A DNA stretch of 64,000 nucleotides, from contig CAWGHO010000003.1 in assembly GCA_963822445.1 (NCBI GenBank), positions 1,216,001 through 1,280,000 on the forward strand, read 5' to 3'. Positions within the stretch are counted from its first letter, which is position 1, and each line of letters begins with the position of its first letter. The position numbers and the translations under genes were made by a program. Below, one piece after another: positions 43,950 to 53,675 of the stretch. The notes under the pieces are model-generated. The model was not told where the DNA came from. It ran no database searches and worked only from the letters and a program-made list of their open reading frames with translations. This DNA comes from an uncultured Acidobacteriota bacterium (GTDB taxonomy: Bacteria > Acidobacteriota > Thermoanaerobaculia > Gp7-AA8).

Positions 43950-44849
43950 ATGTATCGTCGTTTCCTGGTGGCCCTGGCTGTGTGTGTCGTTTCCCTGGCT
44001 GCCGTTGCGGACTCCCGCGACGTCGACTCGTTTGAGCGCAAAGACAAAGAGCGCAGCTGCGCAACTCCGCATCCCTCGGACCTCGAGGCTGCGGCGATGG
44101 AAGACCATCATCGTGAGCTGTCGGACCGCGGCGGCAATCGCTTCCGCGTCGGCGCTGAAGCAACCACCGTCACCGTGAACGTCTGGTTCCACGTGATCAC
44201 CAACACCTCCGGCGCCGGCAATGTCTCCGATGCCGACCTCGCGAACCAGCTTCAGGTCCTCAATGACGCCTACAGCGGCCTGACCGGCGGGGCGAACACG
44301 AAGTTCCGTTTCGCGCACGCCGGCACGACCCGCACCGCGAACAACACCTGGTACGCGGCGGGCTACGGCTCGGCGGCGGAAACGGCGATGAAGTCCGCCC
44401 TTCGTCAGGGCAATGCGGCCACGCTGAACTTCTACACGAATGCGCCGAGCACGGGCGAGCTGGGATGGGCGACCTTCCCGTCGAGCTACTCCAGCCAGCC
44501 TTTGAAGGACGGCGTCGTTTGCGACTACCGCACCCTTCCGGGCGGCACGTTCTCGCCGTACAACGAAGGCGACACCGGCACCCACGAAGTCGGGCACTGG
44601 GTCGGCCTGTACCACACGTTCCAGGGCGGCTGCTCGAAGAACAACGACTTCGTCGCCGACACGAATGCCGAGAAGTCCCCGGCCTTCGGTTGCCCGGCCG
44701 GCCGCAACACCTGCACCACCAAGCAGTACCCGGGCAATGACCCGATCGAGAACTTCATGGACTACACCGACGACTACTGCATGTACAAGTTCTCCGAAGG
44801 CCAGGCTGCGCGCGCGGCGTCGCTGTCCGGCACGTACCGCGGGCTGTAA
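43950..44849 (+). CDS. Secreted M43 (pappalysin/ulilysin-like) zinc metalloprotease
   Basis: HEVGHWVGLYHTF, Met-turn NFMDY, propeptide Cys (RSCAT). Confidence 0.93.
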   Translation: MYRRFLVALAVCVVSLAAVADSRDVDSFERKDKERSCATPHPSDLEAAAMEDHHRELSDRGGNRFRVGAEATTVTVNVWFHVITNTSGAGNVSDADLANQLQVLNDAYSGLTGGANTKFRFAHAGTTRTANNTWYAAGYGSAAETAMKSALRQGNAATLNFYTNAPSTGELGWATFPSSYSSQPLKDGVVCDYRTLPGGTFSPYNEGDTGTHEVGHWVGLYHTFQGGCSKNNDFVADTNAEKSPAFGCPAGRNTCTTKQYPGNDPIENFMDYTDDYCMYKFSEGQAARAASLSGTYRGL

Positions 44850-44869
44850 AATCCCTTCGATTACCATTC

Positions 44870-44902
44870 GAGTGCGGCGGCGTGTGCCGCCGCACTCATT
44901 TT
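44870..44902 (+). terminator. Intrinsic terminator
   Basis: GAGTGCGGCGGC/GCCGCCGCACTC stem followed by ATTTT. Confidence 0.7.
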
Positions 44903-44908
44903 CTTGCG

Positions 44909-45641
44909 ATGACCTTTCTACTCTCCCTCGTTCTTGCCGCCACCACCATCACTTCGAAAGCCGACGTGCGCCGCGATCGAGCCGGCCGGAGCTCCGCGCG
45001 TTGATGGAGAAAGGGGAAGCGGTCGCGATCGACGTCCGCGGCACGGTTCCCTATCGAGGTCAGTCACATCGCCGGCGCGGTCTGGCTTCCGCTCGGGCAG
45101 CTGAATCAGCGCGCGGGCGAGCTGCCCGAGGACAAGCTGGTGGTCGCGTACTGCACGTGCAAGTCGGAGGAGACCAGCCTCGAAGCGGCCATGCGGCTGT
45201 CCGAGCTCGGCTTCGCGAACGTGGCCGTGCTCAGGGGCGGCTATCCGGCGTGGGCCTCGGCGGGATTTCCCCTCGAGTCGAATCGCGAGCCGGTTGTGGC
45301 GGTCCCTTCGCCGGGGCGCCTCGCGCCGCCCGCGGCCGTGCGCTGCGACCGGAACGAGCTGACGTCGTACGCCGGCAAGGTCAGCAGATATCGGCGGCTG
45401 CTCGGGAAGACCACCTTGGCCATCCACACCAGCGCCGATACGCTCGAGACGATCACCATCAAGGATCCGCTCCGCTCCTACCTCATCAACGGAACCCCGT
45501 TCACGGCCTCGGACTGGAACCGCATCGAGCTCCGCAAGGGCGTCCTGCGGCGGGACATGAGCGCGGTGGCGTGGGTCTGCACGAGCGGCGACGACGGTCG
45601 TCGACTGGCGGCCCGGGACGACCTTCACCGGCGCCCAATAG
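44909..45641 (+). pseudogene. Rhodanese-domain protein with several frameshifts (pseudogene or assembly errors)
   Basis: Fragments in different frames: AIDVRG, HIAGA, VAYCTC, VAVLRGGYPAW. Confidence 0.65.
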
Positions 45642-45710
45642 GCGATCTCGCTGTCCGCGGGACACCTCGGGCTCCCTCGACTTCGCTCGGGATGACGGGG
45701 CCAACCCGGT

Positions 45711-45716
45711 TATAAT
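45711..45716 (+). promoter_or_regulatory. -10 box upstream of zapA
   Basis: TATAAT 27 nt before the zapA ATG. Confidence 0.6.
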
Positions 45717-45742
45717 CCGCCGGGTTTCAGGTAACCTTCTCC

Positions 45743-46033
45743 ATGGACGCGAAATACGAGACGACCAGCGTCGAGATTTTTGGTCAGACGTACTCCGTTC
45801 GTGGCGACGGTGACCCAGACTACTTAATGGAGCTTGCGCGGTTTGTCGACTCCAGGATGCGAGATGTAGCGGCCCAGGTCGCAACGGTCGATCCGGCCAA
45901 AATCGCCATCCTGGCAGCGTTGAACATAGCCGACGAGTTCTCGAGGTACCGGAAACAGCGGGAGGATGCCGCTGGAATCTGGATCGAGAGAACAGAGGAA
46001 ATATCGGATCGTCTCAGAGAGGTAATAGGCTGA
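45743..46033 (+). CDS. zapA: Cell division protein ZapA
   Basis: VEIFGQTY...LARFVD.RM...AILAALNIADE. Confidence 0.93.
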   Translation: MDAKYETTSVEIFGQTYSVRGDGDPDYLMELARFVDSRMRDVAAQVATVDPAKIAILAALNIADEFSRYRKQREDAAGIWIERTEEISDRLREVIG

Positions 46034-46061
46034 GTCAACTGGTAGTAGATGCAATGGTTTC

Positions 46062-46262
46062 GGAGGCCCTGCAGAGTTCGTGATGCTCGATCTAACCCCT
46101 GAACCGTACTTCTTATCTCGGGTAGCTCGCGTCTCGGGTCGCGCGCACACCTTCCTCCCGATCTGGGAGCTCAGAAGGTAGCCAAAACGGCACGAGTAGG
46201 GCGCCCACCTGTCTCGTACAGGTTCAGGTAAGAATCACCACACGGCTCAGGCGGGGTACTCC
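46062..46262 (+). ncRNA. ssrS: 6S RNA (boundaries approximate)
   Basis: Canonical position between zapA and rny; CCTGAACC/GGTTCAGG pairing; CCCTG..GTTCG 5' and CACGGC 3' elements; non-coding. Confidence 0.8.
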
Positions 46263-46308
46263 GAAATTTTTTCCTCTCCACGCAAGCCTCCCACTGCGGA
46301 GGTGCGGT

Positions 46309-47882
46309 TTGAACATCATCCAAATAGCAATCGCGATCGGCGTAGGGCTGGCCCTGGCGATCGTTCTGGCCCTCGTCTGGGGTGCCATTTACCGGAAGCG
46401 CGCCGACGCGCAGCTGGCTGACGCCCGTCAGGCCGGCCAGCGGATCATCGACGACGCGAAAAAGGAGGCCACTTCCCGCGTCAAGGAAGCCGATCTGGAG
46501 GCGAAGGAGAAGCTCCTCCAGATGCGCTCCGAGTTCGACAAGCAGGCCCAGCAGCGCCGCGACGAGATCAAGGTCGTCGAGCGCCGCCTCGAACAAAAGG
46601 AAGAGAACCTCGACAAGAAGACGGTCAGCAGGTCGACAAGCGGATCGCCGAGGTCGAGGGTCGCGACAAGGCCCTCGGCAACCGCGAGAAGAACGTCGAG
46701 GCCGAAGAGAACGAGCTGAACGAGCTGATCGAGGCCCAGCGCCACAAGCTCGAACAGGTGGCCGGCCTCACCGTCGAGGAAGCGAAGCGCGAGCTGATCC
46801 GCGGCATCGAGAACGAAGCGAAGCTCGAGGCGGCGAACATCATGAAGCGCATCGAGTCCGAGGCCACGGAGCTCGGCGATCAGAAGGCGAAGAAGATCCT
46901 GGGCATGGCCATCCAGCGCATGGCCTCGGATTACGTCGCCGAGAACACCGTCTCGGTCGTCGACCTGCCGTCCGAGGACATGAAGGGCCGCATCATCGGC
47001 CGCGAGGGTCGCAACATCCGCGCGCTCGAACTGGCCACCGGCGTCGATCTGATCGTCGACGACACGCCGGAAGCGGTCATCCTCTCCGGCTTCGATCCGA
47101 TCCGCCGCGAGATCGCCCGGATCTCCCTCGAGCGGCTGATGCAGGACGGCCGCATTCACCCGGCCCGCATCGAGGAGCTGGTCGAGAAGGTCCGCCAGGA
47201 GCTCGACCAGAAACTGTTCGAGGAAGGGGAGGCCGCGGCCTTCTCCCTGGGCATCACCGACATCAACCCCGAGGTCCTCAAGCTCCTCGGGCGCCTTCGC
47301 TATCGGACGTCGTACGGGCAGAACGTGCTCGTGCACTCGCTCGAAGTCGCCCAGCTTGCGGCGCTCATGGCCGTGGAACTGGGCGTGAACGACACCATCG
47401 CCAAGCGCGGCGGCCTGCTGCACGACATCGGCAAGGCCATCGATCGGGAGATGGAAGGCACGCACCTCGAGCTCGGCCGCCAGGTCCTCGAAAAGTACGG
47501 CGAGAAGCGCGAAGTCATTCACGCGATGGAATGCCACCACGGCGATTACGACCCGACGACCGTCGAGGCCGTGCTGGTCAACGCCGCCGACGCGCTGTCA
47601 GCGGCCCGCCCCGGCGCGCGCCGCGAGATTCTCGAGAATTACGTGCATCGTCTGGAGCGTCTCGAATCGATCGCGAACTCGATGGACGGCGTCTCGAAGA
47701 GCTTCGCCATCCAGGCAGGGCGCGAGCTTCGCATCATCGTCAATTCCGAGAAGATCACCGACGAGCAGTCGATCTGGCTGTCGAAGGACGTGGCCCGGAA
47801 GATCGAATCGGAATTGCAGTATCCAGGGCAGATCAAAGTAACGGTGATCCGGGAGATGAGAGCTACGGAGTACGCGAAATAA
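46309..47882 (+). CDS. rny: Ribonuclease Y (frameshift near 46625)
   Basis: TM anchor, coiled coil, [37 protein letters not shown]. Confidence 0.95.
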
Positions 47883-47962
47883 GGCTCAAAGGCTCATAGG
47901 CTCAGAGGCTCAAAGGAGTCTCTCGTGCTTTGAGCCTCTGCGCCTTTGAGCCATTGAGCCTT
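47881..47962. repeat. Inverted tandem 8-mer hairpin (AGGCTCAN)x4 / (NTGAGCCT)x4
   Basis: AAGGCTCA AAGGCTCA TAGGCTCA GAGGCTCA AAG ... CTT TGAGCCTC TGCGCCTT TGAGCCAT TGAGCCTT; fills the whole rny-ymdB gap. Confidence 0.92.
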
Positions 47963-48749
47963 GATCAGAATCCTCTACATCGGCGACGTCGTCGGCCAGC
48001 CTGGCCGGCGCGCTCTCCATCAGAAACTGAACACGGTCGTGGGCCGGGAGATGGTCGATTTCACGATCGTCAACATCGAGAACGCGGCCGGCGGGTTCGG
48101 GGTGACCGAGGCGATCATGGAGGAGCTGGCGGAGCTCCCGATCAACGCCTACACCTCGGGCAATCACATCTGGGACAAGAAAGACTTCGTCGACAACTAC
48201 GAGCACTACCCGCAGGTCGTGCGGCCGGCGAATTACCCGGCCGGCAATCCCGGCAAGGGGAAGGTCGTACGGCAGACCGCGGGCGGCGTGAACGTCGCGG
48301 TGATGCAGTTCATGGGCAACGTGTTCATGCCGCCGATCGACAACCCGTTCTACTCCGCCGATCGCGAGCTGAAGGAGCTCGGCGACTCGGTCAAAGTCAT
48401 CTTCGTCGACATCCACGGCGAGGCCACTTCGGAGAAGCAGGCCTTCGGCCGCTACCTCGACGGCCGCGTCTCCGCGGTCGTCGGCACGCACACGCATGTG
48501 CCCACGGCCGATGAACGCATTCTTCCGCTCGGCACCGCGTACCAGACCGACGTCGGGATGACCGGCGCCTACGACTCGGTGATCGGCTTCCGTCCCGACG
48601 AGGCCCTGCACCGCTTCCTGATGAATACCCCGCGCAAGCTCGAAGTGGCGAAGCGCGACATCCGCCTGTCGGGGGTGCTGGTGGAAGTGGATGAAGAGAC
48701 GGGGAAGGCAGTGCGGATCGTGCGGATTCGCGAAGACCTCGGCGAGTAA
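47961..48749 (+). CDS. ymdB: TIGR00282/YmdB metallophosphoesterase
   Basis: GDVVG, ENAAGG, GNHIWD, DIHGEATSEK, GTHTH, DVGMTG. Confidence 0.93.
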   Translation: MIRILYIGDVVGQPGRRALHQKLNTVVGREMVDFTIVNIENAAGGFGVTEAIMEELAELPINAYTSGNHIWDKKDFVDNYEHYPQVVRPANYPAGNPGKGKVVRQTAGGVNVAVMQFMGNVFMPPIDNPFYSADRELKELGDSVKVIFVDIHGEATSEKQAFGRYLDGRVSAVVGTHTHVPTADERILPLGTAYQTDVGMTGAYDSVIGFRPDEALHRFLMNTPRKLEVAKRDIRLSGVLVEVDEETGKAVRIVRIREDLGE

Positions 48750-49345
48750 TGGAGCTTTCCATCGTCACCCTCGGTCATGTCCACACCGAGGATCTGGCCG
48801 CGTTGCAGACGCACTTCACGAGGCTCGAACAGCTCGTGCTCGACATCGAGCCGCGGGCGTCGCTCGTCGAGCATCGCGCGGAGCTGAATCGGGCGATCGA
48901 CGCCGGCACGGCGGACTGGGTCCTGATCGTCCGGGAGCGCGAAATCATCGATGACGCGCTGGCCGGCGAGATCGTGGCGGTCATCAGCGCGGGCAACGCG
49001 CGCGGGTTTCGGGTGCGGTCGATTCCGTTCTATCTGGGCAAGCCGCTGCGCATCAATGTCGACGAAGGGGAGTTGCGGCTCTTTCATCGCCGGTCGCTGC
49101 TGCGGCGCGGCGAAGTGGCCGTGCAGGGGACGGTGGTGCGGCTGACGAACGTCCTGCGATCGGTGACGTTCGCGACGGCTGAGGAGCATCGCGCGCATCT
49201 GGCGAAGCAGGGCAAGGCGCGATCGGCGATCGGACGTGCGCTCGTCTTCGCGCGCTACGTGCTGGGCACGCGCGCCCGCGACGCGAACACGCTGCGGTAC
49301 CTCTGGATCGAAGCGGGCTACGCGACTACTGGCCGCGCCGCATAA
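48749..49345 (+). CDS. Degenerate glycosyltransferase-2-like hypothetical protein
   Basis: NRAIDA..ADWVLIV..RE..., LRLF; lacks DxD. Confidence 0.55.
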   Translation: MELSIVTLGHVHTEDLAALQTHFTRLEQLVLDIEPRASLVEHRAELNRAIDAGTADWVLIVREREIIDDALAGEIVAVISAGNARGFRVRSIPFYLGKPLRINVDEGELRLFHRRSLLRRGEVAVQGTVVRLTNVLRSVTFATAEEHRAHLAKQGKARSAIGRALVFARYVLGTRARDANTLRYLWIEAGYATTGRAA

Positions 49346-49442
49346 TGAATGCGAGGCGCGTTGCGCCGGATCAAGGCGCGACACGCGAGGTCGGGTCGCG
49401 CGTGATCAAAGGCGGAGCAACAGACGCAGCGGGCCGTGCCCG

Positions 49443-49814
49443 CTAGGCCGTAGCGGCCACCATCGTGGCCCGGCGCGGGGTCGAGCGGATCGTTCCGTTC
49501 GAGCGGAACTGCCGCGGTGACATGCCGTACCGGATCCGGAACTGCTGACGGAAGTAATTCTCGGAGTCGAACCCGCAGCGGCGTGCGACCTGGGAGACGC
49601 GGACGTTGCCGGCCTTCAGCAGGCGGGCCGCTTTCTCCAGGCGCTTCTCCTTGAGGAACTGGCTGAGCAGGCGTCCGGTGATGCGATGGAAGCGGCCGGA
49701 GATGTATTGCCGCGTGTAGCCGAGCTCTTTGGTCACGGCTTCCACGGTGACTTCTTCATCCGCGCGCAAACGGCGGCGCACCGTCTTGATCAGCGCTCGC
49801 AGCAGGCCGTCCAT
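49443..49814 (-). CDS. Stand-alone AraC-family HTH regulator
   Basis: RLEKAARLL...VSQVARRCGFDSENYFRQQFRIRYGMSP. Confidence 0.88.
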   Translation of the reverse strand: MDGLLRALIKTVRRRLRADEEVTVEAVTKELGYTRQYISGRFHRITGRLLSQFLKEKRLEKAARLLKAGNVRVSQVARRCGFDSENYFRQQFRIRYGMSPRQFRSNGTIRSTPRRATMVAATA

Positions 49815-49981
49815 GACATTTCTCCTTAACGGGGACCCCGGAACAATTGAATGGTCAGGCCTCCCGCCGCGCTACACCAGCCGGCGGTCATGACCTGCTT
49901 CACAAATTTTGGATGGAAGGATTCTAGCGCAAAAACCGGTAAAAATGGCCGGAAACGGCGATTTTTTTACATTTTCCGGCG

Positions 49982-50296
49982 CTATTTGCGCGTCCAGCGG
50001 TTCGCGTCCCGCTCCCGGATCTTGGCCATCATCGCCCCGAACTTCTCGTCCAGATCGATGTTCAGCGAGTTGGCCAGGCAGATCAGCACGAACATCGCGT
50101 CGGCGATTTCATCTCCCACATCGCCCGGATCCTCACCAGGCTTCGGCTTCTTCCCACCATAGAGATGCATGAGCACGCGCGCGAGCTCGCCCACCTCCTC
50201 GGTCAGCCGCGCCAGCATCGGCAGCGGCGCGAAATAGCCTTCCTTGAACTGGGAGATCCACTCGTCGACGTCTCGTTGCGCGGGTGCGAAGGACAT
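49982..50296 (-). CDS. MazG-like nucleotide pyrophosphohydrolase (YpjD-like)
   Basis: LTEEVGELAR...DEIAD...CLANS...RDANRW. Confidence 0.92.
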   Translation of the reverse strand: MSFAPAQRDVDEWISQFKEGYFAPLPMLARLTEEVGELARVLMHLYGGKKPKPGEDPGDVGDEIADAMFVLICLANSLNIDLDEKFGAMMAKIRERDANRWTRK

Positions 50297-50330
50297 GGCT
50301 CATTCTGCCTGCGTGCTAGCATTACCGCCA

Positions 50331-50996
50331 ATGCGTTCTCTCGCTTTGAGTACGTTGATCCTCGTCGTCGCGGCGTCCGCGAACGCCGCCGTGAAGATCA
50401 CCGTGAAGAAAGACGGGACGAAGCTGATCTACAACAGCGGCGGGCGCTCCGGAACCCACGGAAACCTGACCTGGCTGGCCAGCCGCCACGATCGGCGCTC
50501 GAAGTACGACCCGTTCATCGAGCATTACGCGACGAAGTACGGCGTCGATCCGACGCTCGTCCGCGCCGTCATCCAGGTCGAATCGGACTTCGATCCGCTC
50601 TGCGTTTCGCACAAAGGCGCGCGCGGCCTGATGCAGCTCATGCCGGCGACGGCGAAGCGCTTCGGCGTCACGAAGGTTCACGATCCCGAGCAGAACATTC
50701 ACGGCGGCGTGCGCTATCTCGCGTATCTGCTCGAGCTGTTCGGCGACATGCCCCGCGCGCTCGCGGCATACAACGCCGGCGAAGGCGCGGTGATGAAGTA
50801 CGGCGGCATTCCGCCATATCAGGAAACGTCGACGTACGTCGTGCGGGCGATGACGGTCTATTACGGGCGGCCTTACGGCAGCGGTGCGATGACCATCGCC
50901 GGCCGCCGCGGAGGACCGAAGCTGAAAGGCGGATTCGGCACCGCCCCGGTCGCCGCCGCCGTGCTCCCGGGCGTTAAGTTTCTGGGAACGCACTAG
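50331..50996 (+). CDS. Lytic transglycosylase (SLT domain)
   Basis: IQVESDF, GLMQLMP, AAYNAG, PPYQET. Confidence 0.93.
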   Translation: MRSLALSTLILVVAASANAAVKITVKKDGTKLIYNSGGRSGTHGNLTWLASRHDRRSKYDPFIEHYATKYGVDPTLVRAVIQVESDFDPLCVSHKGARGLMQLMPATAKRFGVTKVHDPEQNIHGGVRYLAYLLELFGDMPRALAAYNAGEGAVMKYGGIPPYQETSTYVVRAMTVYYGRPYGSGAMTIAGRRGGPKLKGGFGTAPVAAAVLPGVKFLGTH

Positions 50997-51029
50997 CTTC
51001 GAATAACCCTCTAGTACAATCCGCCCCGC

Positions 51030-52360
51030 ATGCCTGAGCGTGACCCTGCAGTGGCACCGCCATTCGATCAGGGCGTCTTCCTGCTCCATTACAACCGCGG
51101 CCGCGAGGCGTTCCAGGAAGGACGCTATGCCGAGGCCCGGCGGGAGCTGGAGGCGGCGCAGAGGCTGCGTCCCGATGACTCGGACGTGCTCAACCTCCTC
51201 GGCCTGGTCTACTTCAAGACCAACGCCTTCCCCGAAGCGGAAGTCATCTACCGAAGGCTGATCCGTGAGAACCCCAATGTCTTCATCCTGCACTCGAACC
51301 TCGGCCTGATCCTGTTCAAGCAGGGGAAGAACGACGAGGCCGAGCACTTCCTGATGCGCGCCGTCGAGTTGCGCCCGAACTACGCCAAGTCGCACCTCTA
51401 CCTCGGCCTGCTCTACCGCCAGAAAAAGAAGTTCGGCCTGGCCCTCGAGCATCTGCGTTTCGCCGGCGCGGACAAGCTCGTGCGGGAAGTGGAAGCTGGA
51501 GATGCGGCCTCCCGCGCCGCCTCCTGCTCCGCTGCCTCCGATCCCACAGGCCGCCGTGACCACACAGAAGATCCCGGCGATCAAGCCGATGGACGTGCCG
51601 CAGTCGGCGATCGAGCATCGCACCCAGCCCGGAACGATGCCGGTCGTGCGCACGATGCCCGGCGTTCCGCCGCCTCCGCAGCCCGTCGATGCCGCGGTCA
51701 CGGCCGCGCGCAAGCTTCAGGACGCGGTCGACGAGCCGCAGCACGTCGAGGCGAAGCGCATCGACGTCGGCAACAAGATCGAAGGGGCGTCGAAGACCTT
51801 CACCCTGCACGAGAACGGATTCCTGGAGATCAACTTCGCGCGCAGCGTGCACGTGAAGCGGGGAACGGTCTCCAGCTACTCCGGCAATCTGAAGTTCATC
51901 GCCGAATCAGGCCTCCTCGGCACAACCGCGCAGACGCTGGTGAAAGCCGTGGGGCAGGGCAAGATCTTCGTGTACGAGAAGGGCCACAAGACCTTCCTCC
52001 TCGATCTCAACGACGAGTTCATCTACGTCGAAGGCAGCAACCTGCTCGCGCTGGAAGACTCGCTGACGTATCGCGTTGAGCCGATTTACGACGGCTCGTA
52101 TCAGCGGAAGATCGACGTGGTGAAGATCTTCGGCAAGGGCTCGCTGGCGATCTCGACGTCGATCGAGCCGCTCACCCTGCGCGTCACGAAGGAATATCCA
52201 CTGTCGATCTCCTCCCGCGCGCTCGTCGCCTGGACCGGCAACGTCATCCCGACCGTCGTCGAAGATGAGTCGCTGGAGAACGTGATGATCGAGATGGAAG
52301 GGGCGGGCGCGGTTCAAGATCCGTTTCGAGGGTGATGGTGTCGTGGTTTCCGAGCAGTAG
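51030..52360 (+). CDS. TPR + Pro-rich linker + AIM24-like domain protein (frameshifts near 51498 and 52310)
   Basis: TPR repeats in 51030..; AIM24-like beta repeats in 51502..52335; terminal FEGDGVVVSEQ* in a third frame. Confidence 0.75.
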
Positions 52361-52364
52361 CCGC

Positions 52365-52875
52365 TCACTCCTCGTGCGCCGTGCCCCACTCCGCCGCCAG
52401 GTTGTACGCGTCGCGAAGCTCGGCATCGCGATCCCAGTTCGCAAAGTACGGTCGTAACGCCGCGTCTTCGAAGGCATGTTCGAGCACGCCGCAGAGCACG
52501 CGATTCTTCGTGGCCGGATCGCCGCGGCGATAGAGCTTCTCGAGCTCGAGAGCGATGCCGCGAATGGTCGAGGCGACGCGGCCGCCGCGCTGACGCCACT
52601 CCTTCATCAGCGCAGCCAGATCCCACGCCGCTTCGAAGCCGCCGTGGAGGTAATCGCCGGGCGTGGGATTTTCCTCGATGCAGCGCATGAGGTAGCGGCG
52701 CATGAAGTCGGCCGCTTCGTCGGGCGGAATCTCCGTCGAGGGCTGCTCCAGCAGCGCGTACACGATGCTCCAGGTGAGCAGATCGCCCGAGTCGATCCAG
52801 TGGTGGATCTCTTCGCGCGAGACCGGAGCGTCTGCGCGGAGCTGCCGCAGGGCCTCGGCGTACAGCGGAGGTCAC
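52365..52875 (-). CDS. Hypothetical protein (start uncertain)
   Basis: ORF 52365..52763 extends upstream without a stop toward the GTGA overlap at 52872-52875. Confidence 0.6.
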
Positions 52876-53660
52876 GACCCGATGCCCGTCACCTTGACCG
52901 CGATCGGGACGATCACGAAGAGCTGGATGGCGTCGAACACGCCGTGAGCGAGGATGCCCGGGATCACGTTCTTCGTGCGATAGAAGGTGATGCCGATGAT
53001 CAGCGAAATGATCGTCACGCCGATCAGCAGCAGGGGGTTGCCGTACGTGAAGTGGGCGAGGGCGAAGAGAATCGTCGAGGCGATGAGGCCGACCCGCTTC
53101 TGCAGGAACGAGCGGAAGAAGAACTCCTCGACGGTCATCGCCGACAGCACGATCATCGCTTTCTTCCAGACCGGCAGCGCGGCCATCCAGCCGATCATCG
53201 CCGGCGGATCGGGCGGTTCTTCGAGGAACCCCGCGGCCTGCAGCGCCAGCGCGACGAGCATGGCCATGAGCAGCGTCAGCATCCAGCCGCCGACGCCGAC
53301 CGCCGTGCCGATGGCCAGGACTTCCGCGGGTCGCTCGTGGCGGATTTGCAGGAACTCTTTGAGATTCGGCCGGCCGCTGAGCGCCCACCATCCGACCAGA
53401 AAGACCATCAGGATGACGTGGAGCATGAAGAGCGAGTAGAAGGGCACGCTGGCGAGCTGCTTCGACGTCGGCGGTGTCAGCGCGGAGTTGGTCACCAGCC
53501 CGGCCAGGGTGACCATGAAGAGGCCCAGCCAGATGTACGCGATCCACTTCATGGCCGCGTTGGGGAAACGGTCGCAACTGAGGATGTTGAATCGCTCGTT
53601 GAGGATCACGATGGCGATCCAGACGACGAGCACGAACGCGATGGAGATGATGTAGGGCAT
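52872..53660 (-). CDS. CPBP (Abi/CAAX) intramembrane metalloprotease
   Basis: EEFFFR, FALAH, AHGVFD. Confidence 0.92.
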   Translation of the reverse strand: MPYIISIAFVLVVWIAIVILNERFNILSCDRFPNAAMKWIAYIWLGLFMVTLAGLVTNSALTPPTSKQLASVPFYSLFMLHVILMVFLVGWWALSGRPNLKEFLQIRHERPAEVLAIGTAVGVGGWMLTLLMAMLVALALQAAGFLEEPPDPPAMIGWMAALPVWKKAMIVLSAMTVEEFFFRSFLQKRVGLIASTILFALAHFTYGNPLLLIGVTIISLIIGITFYRTKNVIPGILAHGVFDAIQLFVIVPIAVKVTGIGS

Positions 53661-53675
53661 GGCGCGGGGCGAAGT

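Noticed and set aside
46309-46719. rny as two genes or a programmed frameshift
   Set aside because: No slippery motif at the break; most likely an assembly indel.
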